Shown here piece by piece: positions 26,643-40,264 of a stretch of DNA of 64,000 nucleotides. Under the pieces are notes generated by a model. It was not told where the DNA came from, did no database searches, and worked only from the letters and a program-made list of their open reading frames with translations. This DNA comes from Felis catus (Eukaryota): the NCBI RefSeq assembly GCF_018350175.1, contig NC_058368.1, forward strand, positions 24,864,001 through 24,928,000, given 5' to 3'. The position numbers and the translations under genes are program-made. The first letter of the stretch is position 1. The number at the start of each line of letters is the position of its first letter.

Positions 26643-26847
26643 TTTTTTTTTTAACATTTATTCATTTTTGAGAGACAGAGCATGAGTGAGGGAGGGGCAG
26701 AGAGAGAGGGAGACGCAGAATCCAAAGCAGGCTCCAGGCTCTGAGCTATCAGCACGGAGCCCGACCTGGGGCTCAAACTCACAAACCACAAGGTCATGAC
26801 CTGAGGTGAAGTCAGACACTTAACCAACTGAGCCACCCAGGCACCCC
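26643..26847 (-). mobile_element. Can-SINE
   Basis: Full antisense copy. Confidence 0.9.
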
Positions 26848-27045
26848 TGTGTACTTCAGTTTTAAAAAGATAGTGCCCACTGCTGCCTAGGACTGGTTCA
26901 TAAGTATCTGCTGGTCTATAAGAGACAGAGGAGTAACTAAGCCAGTAACTAAGTTAAGTCATGCTGACTGATGACTGGATCTTTGAAAGCCATGATACTA
27001 TCATGGTGTAGAAATGCCAAGAACCAGTTTAAAATAAGTATTCTT

Positions 27046-27412
27046 GGGGTGCCTGGGTGGCTCAGTAGGTTGGGCGTCTGACTTCAGCTCGGGTCATGAC
27101 CTCACAGTTCATGAGTTCGAGCCCTGCATCGGGCTCTGTGCTGACAGCTCAGAGCCTGGAGCCTGCTTCAGATTCTGTGTCTCCCTCTCTCTGCCCCTTC
27201 CCCGCTCACACTCTCTCTCTCAAAAATAAATAAACATTAAAAAAAAAATTTTTTAATAAGTATTCTAGGGGCATCTGGGTGGCTCAGTCGGTTAAGTGTC
27301 TGACTTCGGCTCACGTCATGATCTCACGGTTCATGAGTTCGAGCCCTGCCTCGGGCTCTGTGCTGAAAGTCAGAGCCTGGAGCCTGTTTCAGATTCTGTA
27401 TCTCCCTCTCTC
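27046..27412 (+). mobile_element. Tandem Can-SINEs (27046-27255 full; 27268-27412 lacking tail)
   Basis: TSD aataagtattct flanks the first; the second starts immediately after. Confidence 0.88.
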
Positions 27413-28058
27413 TACAATTGCTGAAGAAACAATAAAATGGTTTTCCCAAATTGAAGAAATGTCTAAATCCTCCGATCAAAATTACATTCCAGGTTCCAAG
27501 CTAGATAATAAAAAATAAATTCACACCTAGACAGCAGTAATGGATCTGAAAAGTATAAAAGATAAAGCTAATCCATACTTCCTTAAAAGCCATTGAGTGG
27601 AGAGAACAGATGATCTACAGAGGAACAAGACCTGACGGTAGATTCCTACCGTGCAACAGTAGATGCCAAAAGACGATGGAAGAGCTGGCGTTCTAGAACA
27701 CTGCATTCAGTTCAACTAGTCCTTGAAGGTGAGGGTAGAATGAAGTTCTTGTCAGACATACGAAGTGTAACAGACTCTACGACCAATAGATCTTCACTAA
27801 AGCAACTTTTGAAAGATTGCTTCGGCGCGAAGAAACGTAAACCTGGAAAGGAGACATCGGATACAAATAAATAGGGACTACAGAAACCGGAAAACTTTGT
27901 CAGTAAATTCTTTTTTTCAGTAAATTTTAACCACTGACTGTGACTTTAAAGTTACTTTTTGTGTTTAAAACAAAAACAAAGTCAAAGTCCTTGGGTTAGT
28001 TTTTCCTCTCTCCCTTTCAAGTGCAGTTATGTTACTCATCAAAAACATAATTCAGTTT

Positions 28059-28175
28059 GGGGCTCCTGGGGGGCTCAGTTGGTGGAGCATCTGACTTAGG
28101 CCGTCGGGCTGTCTGCTGTCAGCACAGATCCTGCTTCCGATCTTCTGTCTGCCTCTCTCTCTGCCCCTCCCCATG

Positions 28176-28212
<37 letters not shown>

Positions 28213-28461
28213 AAAACAAATACATTTTTTCTTTCAACGTTTATTTATTTTTGGGACAGAGAGAGACAGAGCATGAACGGGGGAGGGGCAGAGAGAGAGG
28301 GAGACACAGAATCGGAAACAGGCTCCAGGCTCTGAGCCATCAGCCCAGAGCCCGACGCGGGGCTCGAACTCCCGGACCGCGAGATCGTGACCTGGCTGAA
28401 GTCGGACGCTCAACCGACTGCGCCACCCAGGCGCCCCCAAATACATTTTTAAAAATGTCTT
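28059..28461. mobile_element. Older + strand SINE with a young - strand SINE (28226-28437) nested in its tail
   Basis: Outer TSD tcaaaaacataattcagtt; inner TSD caaatacattttt. Confidence 0.9.
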
Positions 28462-29232
28462 TCAAAAACATAATTCAGTTCATGTGTTTTTGCTTGTAGT
28501 CACTTTAATTACTTGTTTGTTTCGAGTAAGTGAAAAATTAACGTGGTCCTAAAAATTCTGTAGTGTTTTTGAATTCTGAACTATTAAAAACGTTTACTCC
28601 AAGAAGTGTTCTTTCTCCCATCTCTTCTTCCCCGTCCTTACTTTCATCTTTTCCACTCCGTTTTCTACCCACCTGCTGTAGGTAACTATAACCTAGTGGA
28701 TTTCTGGTCTATTCTACCTGTGTGTCTTTCTCTAAAATGATCAGATACACTTGCGTGTTCTTTTTTTTTTTTTCTTCTTTCTTACACAAAAGGCAGTTTC
28801 AGTGGAGATCACTTTTAATCCATTCAATAAGTTTTAATAGCTTTGACTCTCAGAGAGAGACGTTTGAAATCTTCATCCTTTCCTTCTCAGGAGTCTACTG
28901 TTGGAATGTTGTTTTATTTTGCAAATTTGCCTGCCCTGACCTCAAGAAATGCATAGACCAGTGGCAACTTAGAGAGAATACCTAGGCTTCGTCTACTTAC
29001 AGAGGTAAGATGTGGCCTTAAACCAGACAAAATGTTCTAAGATACTATCTTCAGAATGACATGTGATAGCTTCAGTTTAGATAATGGCTCTTCTAGTCGC
29101 CTTTCCTAAATAAATATGAATTCAAAGTAACCTGATTTTTCTTTATGGCTCAGAGAACTCTCTGGGACATAATATTCCTATTCTCTTACAGGTGGGCCCA
29201 TCACTTCATATGAACAAGGAAACATCTCTTTA

Positions 29233-29454
29233 TTTTTTTATTTTTTTTCAACGTTTTTTATTTATTTTTGGGACAGAGAGAGACAGAGCATGAATGGGCG
29301 AGGGGCAGAGAGAGAGGGAGACACAGAATCGGAAACAGGCTCCAGGCTCCGAGCCATCAGCCCAGAGCCCGACGCGGGGCTCGAACTCACGGACCGTGAG
29401 ATCGTGACCTGGCTGAAGTCGGACGCTCAACCGACTGCGCCACCCAGGCGCCCC
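29233..29454 (-). mobile_element. Young Can-SINE about 490 bp upstream of the CPB2 ATG
   Basis: TSD ggaaacatctcttta. Confidence 0.93.
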
Positions 29455-29759
29455 ATGGAAACATCTCTTTAAATGGAGATCCTGTAATCCTCCATACAAG
29501 TTCTCCTTCTCAACCTTTGTAAGAGTCACAAATTTCAGAAACTCACCTTCTACGTCTTCATCTAAGTTGAAAATGTTGCAAAGATAGAGACAAGGGAAGA
29601 TCTCTTTAGTACTCCACTGGAGACCTCCCTCAGCACGGGTTATGAGCCATTAGTCAAGACTCCAGGGTTATGGTTCTTCAACGAACCAGACAGGTTTCTG
29701 CAACATTCCTACACTGTTTCTCCTGGCCTCATCGTCCCTGAGGAGTTAAATATTTTCTA

Positions 29760-29944
29760 TTTGGTCTAACTCTCAACATACTTTATTTTTCGAGGGCGGA
29801 AATAGAAGCTAAGTCAATTGATCACAGGAATGGGAGGGACCGTGGCATTATATTTTAACCAGTGTGTAAAGAAGGCTCTTATGTAACCAGGCATCGGGGC
29901 CCATTTCTCCAGAGAATTTTGTTGTTCAGCAAATCGCTGCTGGG
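29760..29944 (+). promoter_or_regulatory. CPB2 proximal promoter/5' UTR with HNF1-like (29847-29859) and bZIP TTATGTAA (29879-29886) elements
   Basis: Directly upstream of the CPB2 ATG; attatattttaac resembles the HNF1 palindrome; human CPB2 is known to be TATA-less and to use HNF1 and C/EBP. Confidence 0.6.
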
Positions 29945-30018
29945 ATGAAGCTTTATAGCTTTGGAGTCCTTGTAGCCATCTTCCTCTCGCGTGAGCTGTA
30001 TGTCTTCGCTTTTCAGAG
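29945..30018 (+). CDS. CPB2: CPB2 (TAFI) exon 1, signal peptide, 74 coding nt
   Basis: MKLYSFGVLVAIFLSRELYVFAFQ(S), donor gtaacc. Confidence 0.95.
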
Positions 30019-32209
30019 GTAACCCAATAGAATCGTCGATGGTGGGGGGCCATTTTCCTCACTTGTTTGCCCCACGTGGATTCCAGTCAGTGCACTAACC
30101 TGGGGCGCAAAAAGTTAAAAGCTTGAAGGTCAGCTCTTTCAGAAACTTCACGTGTTGCCCGACAAATAGTACCTTTCAGTGGAATAAGGATCTCACTAGA
30201 CCCAGGGTCTTGTTTTCGTTTCTGGCTCTAGTTTCATTACTGAGAGAATTCTGGATGATATGTACAGTCAGTGTCTAGGGAGATTAAAGAAACAGAAGCT
30301 TTTTATAAAAATGATTATTTACACTCTAACACATCACATGATTTACATTTTTTTTGGTCTCCACGTCCAAAATATATGAATCGGATAATTTGCATTAACT
30401 GGGAATAAAACAACTATGGGTAGCTATGAATACTTTCCTCTTGTACGTGGAACATAGGAAGGAGAAGAAGGTAAAAGGGATGAAATATGAGGTTTGGGTT
30501 GAGCAAGGGTATTTACATAGGATAGGAAAGGAAGAGTCGTTGTGTTGTAAAGAACACATATAGAGGCATATCTAATTCTTATGTTGCTTGTGAGCGTGAT
30601 TCCCTAGAGATCTTCTTCTAAAACCAGTTAGCAGAACACAAATGAACCAGCACATAGAATATAATGTATAACGAATAGTTCCAAGTTTATGTGTAAGATT
30701 GTAATGTATTAACTAGTGAATTCATAAGTTTTAAAAATTGATACTCTTTCCTTTGGGATTACCTTATTGTTTCCCCTTCGTTTGGCTTCTATGACTCTTT
30801 TCTTCTCTAGTTATCTCTGAGACAAATGCCTCTCCCCACTTAGTGAATGGCAAAGAGAGAAAGGACATACTAGGGACAGGGAAAAGCGTACCAAAAAAAC
30901 TTTTCTAGGTCAGAAAGAGCCGCTGGACAGCATTTAAGAAAACAGAGCTTGAGAGCCTGACGCTGTGTTTGTACATCATCACCCATCTAACTGTACTTGG
31001 TTGACTCTTTTTTGTTCAGTATGATTATCAAGTGTCATGCAACAAATTCCATCACCGAATAACGATTGTCATTGAATTGACATGGGAGTCAAATTGCTAC
31101 AATAATTGGTGACTCATACCTCTATGTGTTATCAGTGAATCAGATGACTATAATTTCTAAAATCCTTGCCAGATCTAACATCCCATAACTTGATGGTTGG
31201 TTTTAATTAAAGGTAAGCAAGAAGGAAGGAGGAAAACTGATATCAACGTGTCCAGCTGGGTACTGTAGACATTGGCAGTGTCATCTACAGAGAGGAGAAA
31301 GGGAGGGGACACACGGTTATTCGGCACCTGTGTTGCCCCGTGCGCTGGGCTCGGCGACTTGGAAATGTCATCTCCTACACCCTAGGAATCGTTGTGATGC
31401 CATCTTAAAGAGAAAGAAACTGAGCCCTAGAAAGGGTAAATCAAACAGGAAGCGAAGAGTTTGGATTCAAAGCCACCTTCCCCTCATTCCAACTCGTTTC
31501 ACTGTGTAGTACCGCCTCGAAAAAGTCTAGAAATTAGGAAGGGAGCTAATTTGATGGAGGTCAGACTTAGTCATAGTGAGTTCGCAGAGAGAAGACAGGT
31601 GGTCCGGAGGGCAGCCTGGGAGAGATGCGGGCTGGAAGTCCGGTATCACGGTCCTCACCTGCGGTGGGTGAGGGGTGATGCCGGGCCAGCCCCTCGCCAG
31701 CATCCTCGGTGGGTGGGGGGGGTGCTGGCTGCCGTGGAGCTTGGTGAGCTCACCTGCCTGCCACCATCTGGGTCACACCGTGAACTGAATTCCTAGATAA
31801 GACAATCATTGACGAGACACTCCAAAAGCTTTCCCATGTCACTTCAAAATGGCGAAAGCATATAACACTTAGTGGAACTAAATATTACGCAAATAAAGGA
31901 CTTACGCAAAAAGATATAGCGAAGAAATGGATGAGAAAAATCCTTCATGCATGGCTTTTCTTACTATCTTTTCGCTTCAGCATACACTCTGGTGTCTGAT
32001 AGCTGCTTACGCTCGAAGAGAGGAATGAGAATGCGATTATATTTTAACCGATCACATGGTATTGAAAATGTTTTTATTCTTTGCGTATACCGTGGTGGTA
32101 CCTGTGTATGGGGGGATAGCTGCAGCCTTGTGGGCGGATGCATATCTGATTCCTCCCTCCCAGCCCTCCACTAGAAAAAAACATTCCAAACTCTTCTTTC
32201 CGTGAGTAA

Positions 32210-32212
32210 ATA

Positions 32213-32247
<35 letters not shown>
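32210..32247. repeat. (TA)n microsatellite
   Basis: TA run with one gtg interruption. Confidence 0.95.
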
Positions 32248-35093
32248 GGCCTATTAATTATATACGGCCTAAATTATACATATATTTATGGCCTATTATC
32301 GAAGCTAAAAGGGAAATCTAATTTCATTCAGGGCGAGAGACTTTGATGAATTATCTCTGGGGGTGAGAATACAACCCCTTCTAAAAAGAGCTAACAGCCT
32401 GGCTTTTCCCAAGAGCTGTTCTTTGCGACCGTTTTCTTGTCGGGATCATTTTCCTAATAACGCTTTGTGTTCGGGCAACCTCTTAGTGGCTGGTTTGGAG
32501 GTGCATTTTGATACGTCTCATCAGTGAAACGCCCCCGGAAAGAGAACAAAAAAACTTTCAAAGGCATAAATGCCATATGCCAGAGAGAGGCAGGCGAGCA
32601 AACAAACAAAAACCAAAACAGGTCTCCGTAGTCCGTTGCTTTAATAGCCAAACACCGGAAAGGGCAAAAATGAAATACTAGCAAGAACCTTCTGAACAGA
32701 GACATTAATTGTGTTGTGCTCTGATTACCTAAGTGCAGCCTGTCAGCGGAGGCTATTTATTTGAAACAGACAAGTGGGGGAAAGTGCAAAGAAAAGAAGG
32801 AAAAAGAATGGGAGAGTGGAGGATGGTTGAGGAGAGAGGGCTTCTGAATTATTAATAGACCAGAGGACTTGTTCCTTGTGTCGACTTCATACACTATCTG
32901 CCGCCTGGAGACCAGTTTATTCTCTTTCCCTTGGTTCCCCCTGATATATTATTTTCATCTGAAGGAGCAGGGCACCATTGGCCTTAAAAAGCTGTAGTGC
33001 ATAAAACAAAATTGTAGCCTTGAGCTATGTTCCATTGTTCAGAGGCGTCTCCCTAGCTTTTCAAATTCAAACATAATCTTTCAGAACTAGGGCAAATGTG
33101 AACCTTCTCCTTGTAAACCATAGCAGGGGACAGAGCTTGATGAAAATAATCATCTTCTTAGAGGGGAAGCAACAGAGGAAATGCTGTCTAGTATTAATCT
33201 GGAGATAGCCCCGGAGCTGCGACTTACAAGTTATGCAGCCTTGGACGATTTACTTGTCCTCTTTGAGCACTGGTTTATTTCTTTGCATAAAACGACCTGT
33301 TATTTCACTGTGCTCACTTTTGATTCTATATTTAATGCAAGACTGGTTGTTTTTTTTTAATTTTCAAACGGCTATTAGTTAAATCCTGTAACTGTATCAC
33401 TTCACAGATGCAATCAAAACATGTCTTTATGTTTTCGTGTCCCTTTGCCCCATTACATTCCATGTGACGGAATGATCGTTCTCTGCCCCTGCAGGGAAAG
33501 TGTGCAAATTCTGACTTTTTAGTCCGCTCTCAAGTAACTGATGATTTTGGGGTCGTGTTAACGCACAGACAATCTCGATTTAGAGAGTAGAATATTGGGT
33601 CCCCTCAAGATACTATGCAAATGTCAGTCTTTAAAGGAGAACAACCCTTCATCCCTCTCCATACATACACCTGACCCTTTTTCTCATTAGTCCTTTTCTT
33701 TGGCTTTAACTTCTTCGGCATGTTTAAGATTCCTTTGCTGAGGAATTTTCCAGACCAGGGGTAGATGCATCTCTTGCGACTCCGTGTTTCACCCCTAGGA
33801 ATCTTGCATTCACTCCCAGGTTCTTGCCCTGTGGGCGACACTATCAGTCAACATCTGAGTTCTAACTAAGCACCATGAGGGGTTTCTTCGTTTGGCTTTA
33901 ATTACTCTCCAGCCAACTAGAGACCAGGTCCATCCGGGTTTAGCTTCCTTGGAAGCAAGCCAGGCACCAGCCCTTGCGTCTCTAAACTCGAGGGAACATG
34001 TTCAGACTGTGCCATTACCCCTCGGCAGTCCTCCCTCTCAGGTGGAAATGAAGTAAGTAACGCCCCCAAACTTCATCCCCTTTGGGAGAAGGGTACTGAC
34101 CGAACTGCGACAATTTGCTCCAAAGAAATATTTGCACCACTCTCCTCCCTTTCTCTGCTCAGACCACTTTTCATAGCCTCTTTCTGATGAAGTAAGGGGG
34201 CATAGAGTCAGGAAGCTGACTTTCAGGAACTGTGTAAGTTCTCCATTAGGTGACCTGACAGGACCCTCGTCCCATTCCCTGATTCCATGGTGCTGGCACG
34301 TTAGCCAAACAGATGGAGACAGAAGAGTGTAGCTCATCACAGCTGGTGAGCTTGGACACGTTGGACACTTGGACACATTAATATACTTTATGGTGTGTTC
34401 TTACTGTCATAATGTTAGCCCTCCCCTTTTCCCAATTTACGCTTCTGTATTCTCTCAATTTTTTTTCTCCTTAAGACAGAAACTCATTGGGATACCACAC
34501 GTTTTGACCTTTACCTTTTCTTTTTCTTTCTCTTTCTGTTGACTCCCTTGGGTCAACTACGTTAGAAAAATGCCCTCATCTTCCAGCCAACATAACACTT
34601 CCCTTACATGGATTTGGAATTCGGCCTGTTGGAATAATGGAGAGGGCATCGCTTTATAAGGCATCCCCTCCCATTGTTAGCATCACTCGTCAGGAAGTTC
34701 GTTATAATGAATTATAATTCTAATGATAAGGCTTTACTTATATGACTCCCCGCTTTTTTGTACCTCACATCAAAAGGGGGCTTGGAGTTTTTTACTCTTG
34801 GGTTTCAGTTCCCCAAATGGGGCCCAACCACCTTGTAAATAAGGGCCACAATCCTGACCCCAGGTTTCAAGACCCTTGATTCAGGTCAGGTCCCATCCTG
34901 CCCATTTTACTCGTTTCACTTCCTGGTACATTCCAACCTAAGCCCCATATTCCTGCCCACCCGGATCACTTGTCATTCCTTGAGCTCTGATTTTGCCTTT
35001 CCACTTACACATCAACATTTATACCATTTCATCTCCGATCCATTTGCCAAACTTCCACCTGTCTCGGTCATCTGGCCTCACTTCCCTTTCTTT

Positions 35094-35314
35094 TAAAAAA
35101 AAATTTTTTTTTCAATGTTTATTTATTTTTGGGACAGAGAGAGACAGAGCATGAACAGGCGAGGGGCAGAGAGAGAGGGAGACACAGAATCGGAAACAGG
35201 CTCCAGGCTCTGAGCCATCAGCCCAGAGCCCGACGCGGGGCTTGAACTCACGGACCGCGAGATCGTGACCTGGCTGAAGTCGGGGCGCCTGGGTGGCGCA
35301 GTCAGTTAAGCGTC
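35094..35314 (-). mobile_element. Young Can-SINE with inverted 5' 33 nt
   Basis: Antisense body, then sense-orientation head at 35282-35314; TSD tcacttccctttcttt. Confidence 0.92.
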
Positions 35315-36696
35315 ACTTCCCTTTCTTTGCCAGATCCTGCCCACCTCAGAAGTCCAACTCAGAGTGCCTCCCCTCTCTGACGACCTCAGCCCCAAATAAC
35401 TTTTGACTTTGCATTCTTGTAACAGAGAATTCAATCTCAGAGAGCACTTACATGGTTTATCCCACACATTAGATGTTTGTATCTGTTGTGGAATAGTTTC
35501 CCCAGGAAGCAGGCTCTGAGATGGAGATTTGGCATGTAGGAAGTTTCCTGGAAAGTGATCTCGGGACCAACATTTGTGCAGGAATGAAGGAAAGAGAACT
35601 GGGCAGAGAAGGGATTGAACGGTGACACAGTCACACAAAGGCCTGGAGTCAGGAGACTGACTTGTCCTTGCAGAGCTGTCCCTGCAGAGCTGAGTTGTCC
35701 TTGCAGAGCTGTCCCAAACTGGGGCAAAGGGCGTATGCCTCTATAACCCATATTTATTAGTGGGATGTGGACTGTACTTGGGAGGGGGCATGCATGACCT
35801 TGGCAGCATGGCCTTCTTCAGTCAAGGAAGAGTCCTGGAAAGGGACTCGAGTGACAGCTGCCAACACTTGCAGAGCTGGGAAAATGAAAGTTCTTTCCTG
35901 GAGGGGGACCTGGGGAGCACAATATGCCACCTCCTACAGTTCAGTTTTTGTGCCATTCAGATCAATCTGCTTCAAAAATCAGCTTTGGAAGCAGCTCCTC
36001 TGGGATTCTGGTTGCTCTCTTCTCCTGGAGGAAAGGAACGAGAGGAGCATTAGTGGAATGAACTGCATCCCACCACAGCTATACCTGGTCTGGAGACAAT
36101 AAGCAATACTCACCATTTTCCTTTTCTACAATCCATTCTGTTTTCCCCTCAGCAGCACCTACCATGGTCTAGGCAACCCACCTGGTGAAATGACCCAGAC
36201 CTTTGACCTTCAAAGGTCTCAGCCTCCCATCACCATGCCCTCTTGAGCCGTGGCTGTTGGCCTCGTCCATATACATCAAAACTGGACAAGGGAGTACTAT
36301 AGAATGCCTAAGCTTATCAAGAATACCGAATGTATTCTTCCCTGCCGGCTCAATTGTGTGCATGCACCCCTCAATATCCTCCCGATGATCAAAGTCACTT
36401 ACACCTTCCAGAATAACTCTTCTCCTTCCTGACGATCTTTGGGGACAAGGAGACTGCAATAACTGTGTTTAACAAGACTCTTGCCAAGACTCTTGCCATG
36501 AAGAAGCTTTTCTTCCCTGGGAACCAGAACTTTTAAATTTACAGAGCCGTATTTATAGATTTCAAGTACAAATTCCCCAAATTCACCTGGAATGATGGTA
36601 AAGGAAGCTACTTCAATCTGGTTCCTGGAACCATGTATTCTAGCTTGTGGGGACACCACGCCATATAACGATTACTGATTTAAAATATATATTGCA

Positions 36697-36910
36697 GGGG
36701 CGCCTGGGTGGCTCAGTCGGTTAAGTGGCCGACTTCGGCTCAGGTCATGATCTCGCGGTCCGTGAGTTCGAGCCCCGCATTGGGCTCTGTGCTGACAGCT
36801 CAGAGCCCGGAGCCCGTTTCCACTTCTGTGTCTCCCTCTCTCTGACCCTCCCCCGTTCATGCTCTGTCTCTCTCTCTCTCTCAAAAAATAAATAAAAACA
36901 TTAAAAAAAT
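36697..36910 (+). mobile_element. Can-SINE inside the ERV remnant
   Basis: Full head and tail; flanking tatatattgca duplication. Confidence 0.9.
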
Positions 36911-38232
36911 ATATATATATATATTGCATCCTAAGAGGATGTTGCCTCTTTCCAAGCTAGCACCTCAGCTAATCCATTCTAATGGCTGTATGAGGCTGGC
37001 AGCTTCTGAGTGGTGTGGTAGGTGATATGCCCAGTGGATCCCACAGTAATGTGCCCATTCTGCACATCCCTTGTTGTAAAGTGGATCCCCTAATTGGTTA
37101 CAGTATTAGGTGAGATCCAGTATCGATCAAACCCTATGTAAGTCCTTGTATGGTAACATTAGCTGTGGCCCTGCAGGTAGAAGAGGCAAATCAAGACCCA
37201 GAGCAGAAGGGGAGCAAAGTAGGCAATTTCTCACCAAGCGGTTGCTTGGTCTCTTCAAGGTATAGTGCTGATTAAAGGGCTTGATTTTGACTTCTGTTGC
37301 TGGCAAGTTGGACATTTGGCAACAAGAGTTGCCCTATCAATCTTGGTGAGTAAGAACCCATCCCGCGGGGCCACGCATAGCTTCACCTTTGCCATCATGG
37401 CTATTCTGTTCAAGGGCCCTTTGTGCCAGCACCGGGGTGACTGTTGACAGAGGCCGACTGACACCAACTGCCCACTTATTTTGTTTGCATAGTTATTGAG
37501 TGCCTATTGTTTTGTGGGTGCTCCATGTTAGGTGATACAATGTGCTACAAAGATTGTACTTTCTCCCCACTTCCATAGTCCTCCATGAAGCAGATGAGAC
37601 ATGCAAGAGATGTATTGAGAAAAGAGAGGAAAAAAGCGAGAAGGGGATAAGAAGAGGTTCTAGGGAGAGATGTGAGACTGCAGTGCAGGTTTGCAGTGGA
37701 GGAGAAAGAGGAGGAAGCAAAGTGGAACATGGAAGGTCTTAGATCATAGTGTACCTCTAAGAAAGGTTTTGCAAAGTTGATAAGACAGTTCTTGAGCTCA
37801 CGTCACCCATCAGAAGAGCCCCTCATCTTTCAGCAGTGAGCCGGCCTTAGTATCCCCGCCATGCTCACTTATTAGCTGGATGCAGCCAGTGAAAACTGTG
37901 GCCTTAGCACTAACATGAGGACAGATTTCCAGCACAGCAGCTGGGGCCTTCCATCAATTACACATATTACAGCTGGTGATCCTAGAGGTGTTCTCAGGGC
38001 CACTCCACTCCTCCATTAGCTGGTCATAAGGGACCTCCACATGTGGCAGGTGTCAGTATGAGCTGAGAGAGAGGTCCTGGTGTAACAGTAGGGGATGCCA
38101 CAGGGGTCTGGGCCACCTGCTCAGGCACCTCATTTGTGTCCCCGAACCCTACTCGCGCCCGATCCCGGATGTTCCGCTTCTGTCTTAGGATGGTTTGCTG
38201 GTCGGCCCACCCAACCTCACGACGTGACAACT

Positions 38233-38722
38233 GTATTAGTTTCCTATTGCTACTGTAACAAATGAGGACAGGGGAGGGTCGTAAAACAACACAAATTTAT
38301 TTTCTTAGTTTTCTGTAGTTTAGAAATTAAAAATGGGTCTCGCCGGCCTGAAATCAAGGTGTCAGCCACCACTGTGTTCTTCTCTAGAGTCTCCGAGGGG
38401 AAAATCTGCTTCTTTGCTTTTTCCAGTGCCTAGAGGACACCCTCATTCCTTGGCTTGCGGCCCCTGCTTTTATCTTCAAAGGCAGCAGACGCAGGTTGAG
38501 TCCTTTTTGCATTGAATTACCCTGATCTCTTCTCGGGCCAAGTCTCCCTCCGCCTCGCTCTCTGTCTCCCCTCTCCACTTTTGAGGATCTTTGCAAAAGC
38601 ACTGGGTTTACCCGGATAATCTAACACGATCGCCTCGTCTCAAAATATCGAACTATGTTTGCAAAGTCGCTTTCACCACGTAAGGCTCACAGGTTCTAGG
38701 GACTAGGACATGGACATTTTAG
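38233..38722 (-). mobile_element. MLT1-type LTR
   Basis: tgtattagtttcctattgctactgtaacaaat start; ggactaggacatggacat end. Confidence 0.75.
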
Positions 38723-39785
38723 GGGGCCATCATTCCGCCTGCCAGAGTGCGTATGACAGGACACAGGTCATGATGGGTGAGACTGACTCCATGACCACGA
38801 GCTACCCGGGGTCAGGCTTCCCTTTCTACCAGGGCATGCCAGGAACTGGTTTTTTTCAAAGGTGTATAATTCTCCTTGGCAGATGTCATGGCCTTGCTGT
38901 AGGTATCTATGCTGTGACCCTCCTGTTGGGACATGCCAAAACCTCTAAATGGCATCTTTTCCCACCGCAGAGGCCTCTAATCCTTTATAGTCTGAGAGGC
39001 CATATGGCCCAAGTGTCAGGGCTTCTTATGCCACAGCCTGAAACTTTCTTCTCTGGGCCTCTCAGTCACAAAGATGATATTCTTTCCTGTCGCCCAAGAA
39101 ATGGGTGGAAACAGTATCTCCAGGTGAGGTAGATCCAGAACCCGAGACCGCCCAGGAATCGGGCTCCTTTCCTTATCAGGAGAAGTATAAGATGGGCGCT
39201 TCCTTTGGGAGGGAATTTCCCAGGCTATCCCAGATCACGAGACCTTTAAAATTCCCCTGGTATGACTCAGAGTTACCCGAGTACATTTGCCATAAGTTCC
39301 TTTGGGAAGGGACAGAGGAAGTCACGATCACATACCCTCTCTATGCCATTGCAGGGTCTTTCCTTGTGGGGACCTGGCTCCCCACTTCAGGCCGGAGATT
39401 CCGGGTCTAAGGACTGGCCTGCATCCTGGAAACCGGGCGATGGGTTGTGACTCTTGATTGGGAGAGCTGCCCTTAGCTCCTCTCATATTCATCCTTGATT
39501 ATTTTGACTGTAAAGGTTGGGCAATACTTTTGCTGGCCGGTATTTACCTTGCTTCTGGGAACTCTGTGTTCTCTTAACTAAGCCCGTAGATTTCCGCGGG
39601 TCATGCCCTGCTGGCTGCCACGCTGACCTTGCTGTTCATTAAAATAATTGGGCCCAGCTAGTCAAGGGTGGTGAAACACTGCCACCTGGCTTCTATTGTG
39701 TACCTCTTTCAACACCCCCATTGTTATTCTGCAATGTCATCCCTTACCGTCAGCTCTCAGGATCTACTCCCACCTAATACCCTCT

Positions 39786-40264
39786 TTTTTTTTTTTTTAA
39801 TTTATTTTAATGTTTATTTATTTGTTTTATTTTACCTTATTTTTTGATGTTATTTATTTTTGAAGGAGAGAGAGAGACAGAGCGTGGGGGGGGGGGGGCA
39901 GAGAGAGAGGGAGACACAGGATCCTAAGCAGGCTCCAGGCTCTGAGCTGTCAGCAGCCCAAAGCACCCCCCTCCACCCGACAACGCGGGGCTCGAACCCA
40001 TAAACCCCGAGATCATGGCCTGAGCCAAAGTCAGAGGCTTAACTGGCTGAGCCAGCCAGGTGCCCCCGTTTATTTATTTTTGAGAGACAGAGAGGCAGAG
40101 CGCAAGTGGGGGAGGGCAGAGAGAGAGAGAGAGACACACAGAATCTGAAGCAGGCTCCAGGCTCCGAGCTGTCAGCACAGAGCCCGATGCAGAACCTATG
40201 AGGCATGAGATCATGACCTGAGCCGAAGTTGGGCACTTAACTGACTGAGCCACCCAGGTGCCCC
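39786..40264 (-). mobile_element. Two tandem Can-SINEs
   Basis: Antisense copies 39786-40066 and 40068-40264. Confidence 0.88.

Noticed and set aside
31400..33200. Possible antisense lncRNA exon or enhancer in CPB2 intron 1
   Set aside because: Unique-looking sequence, but no feature I can support without conservation or expression data
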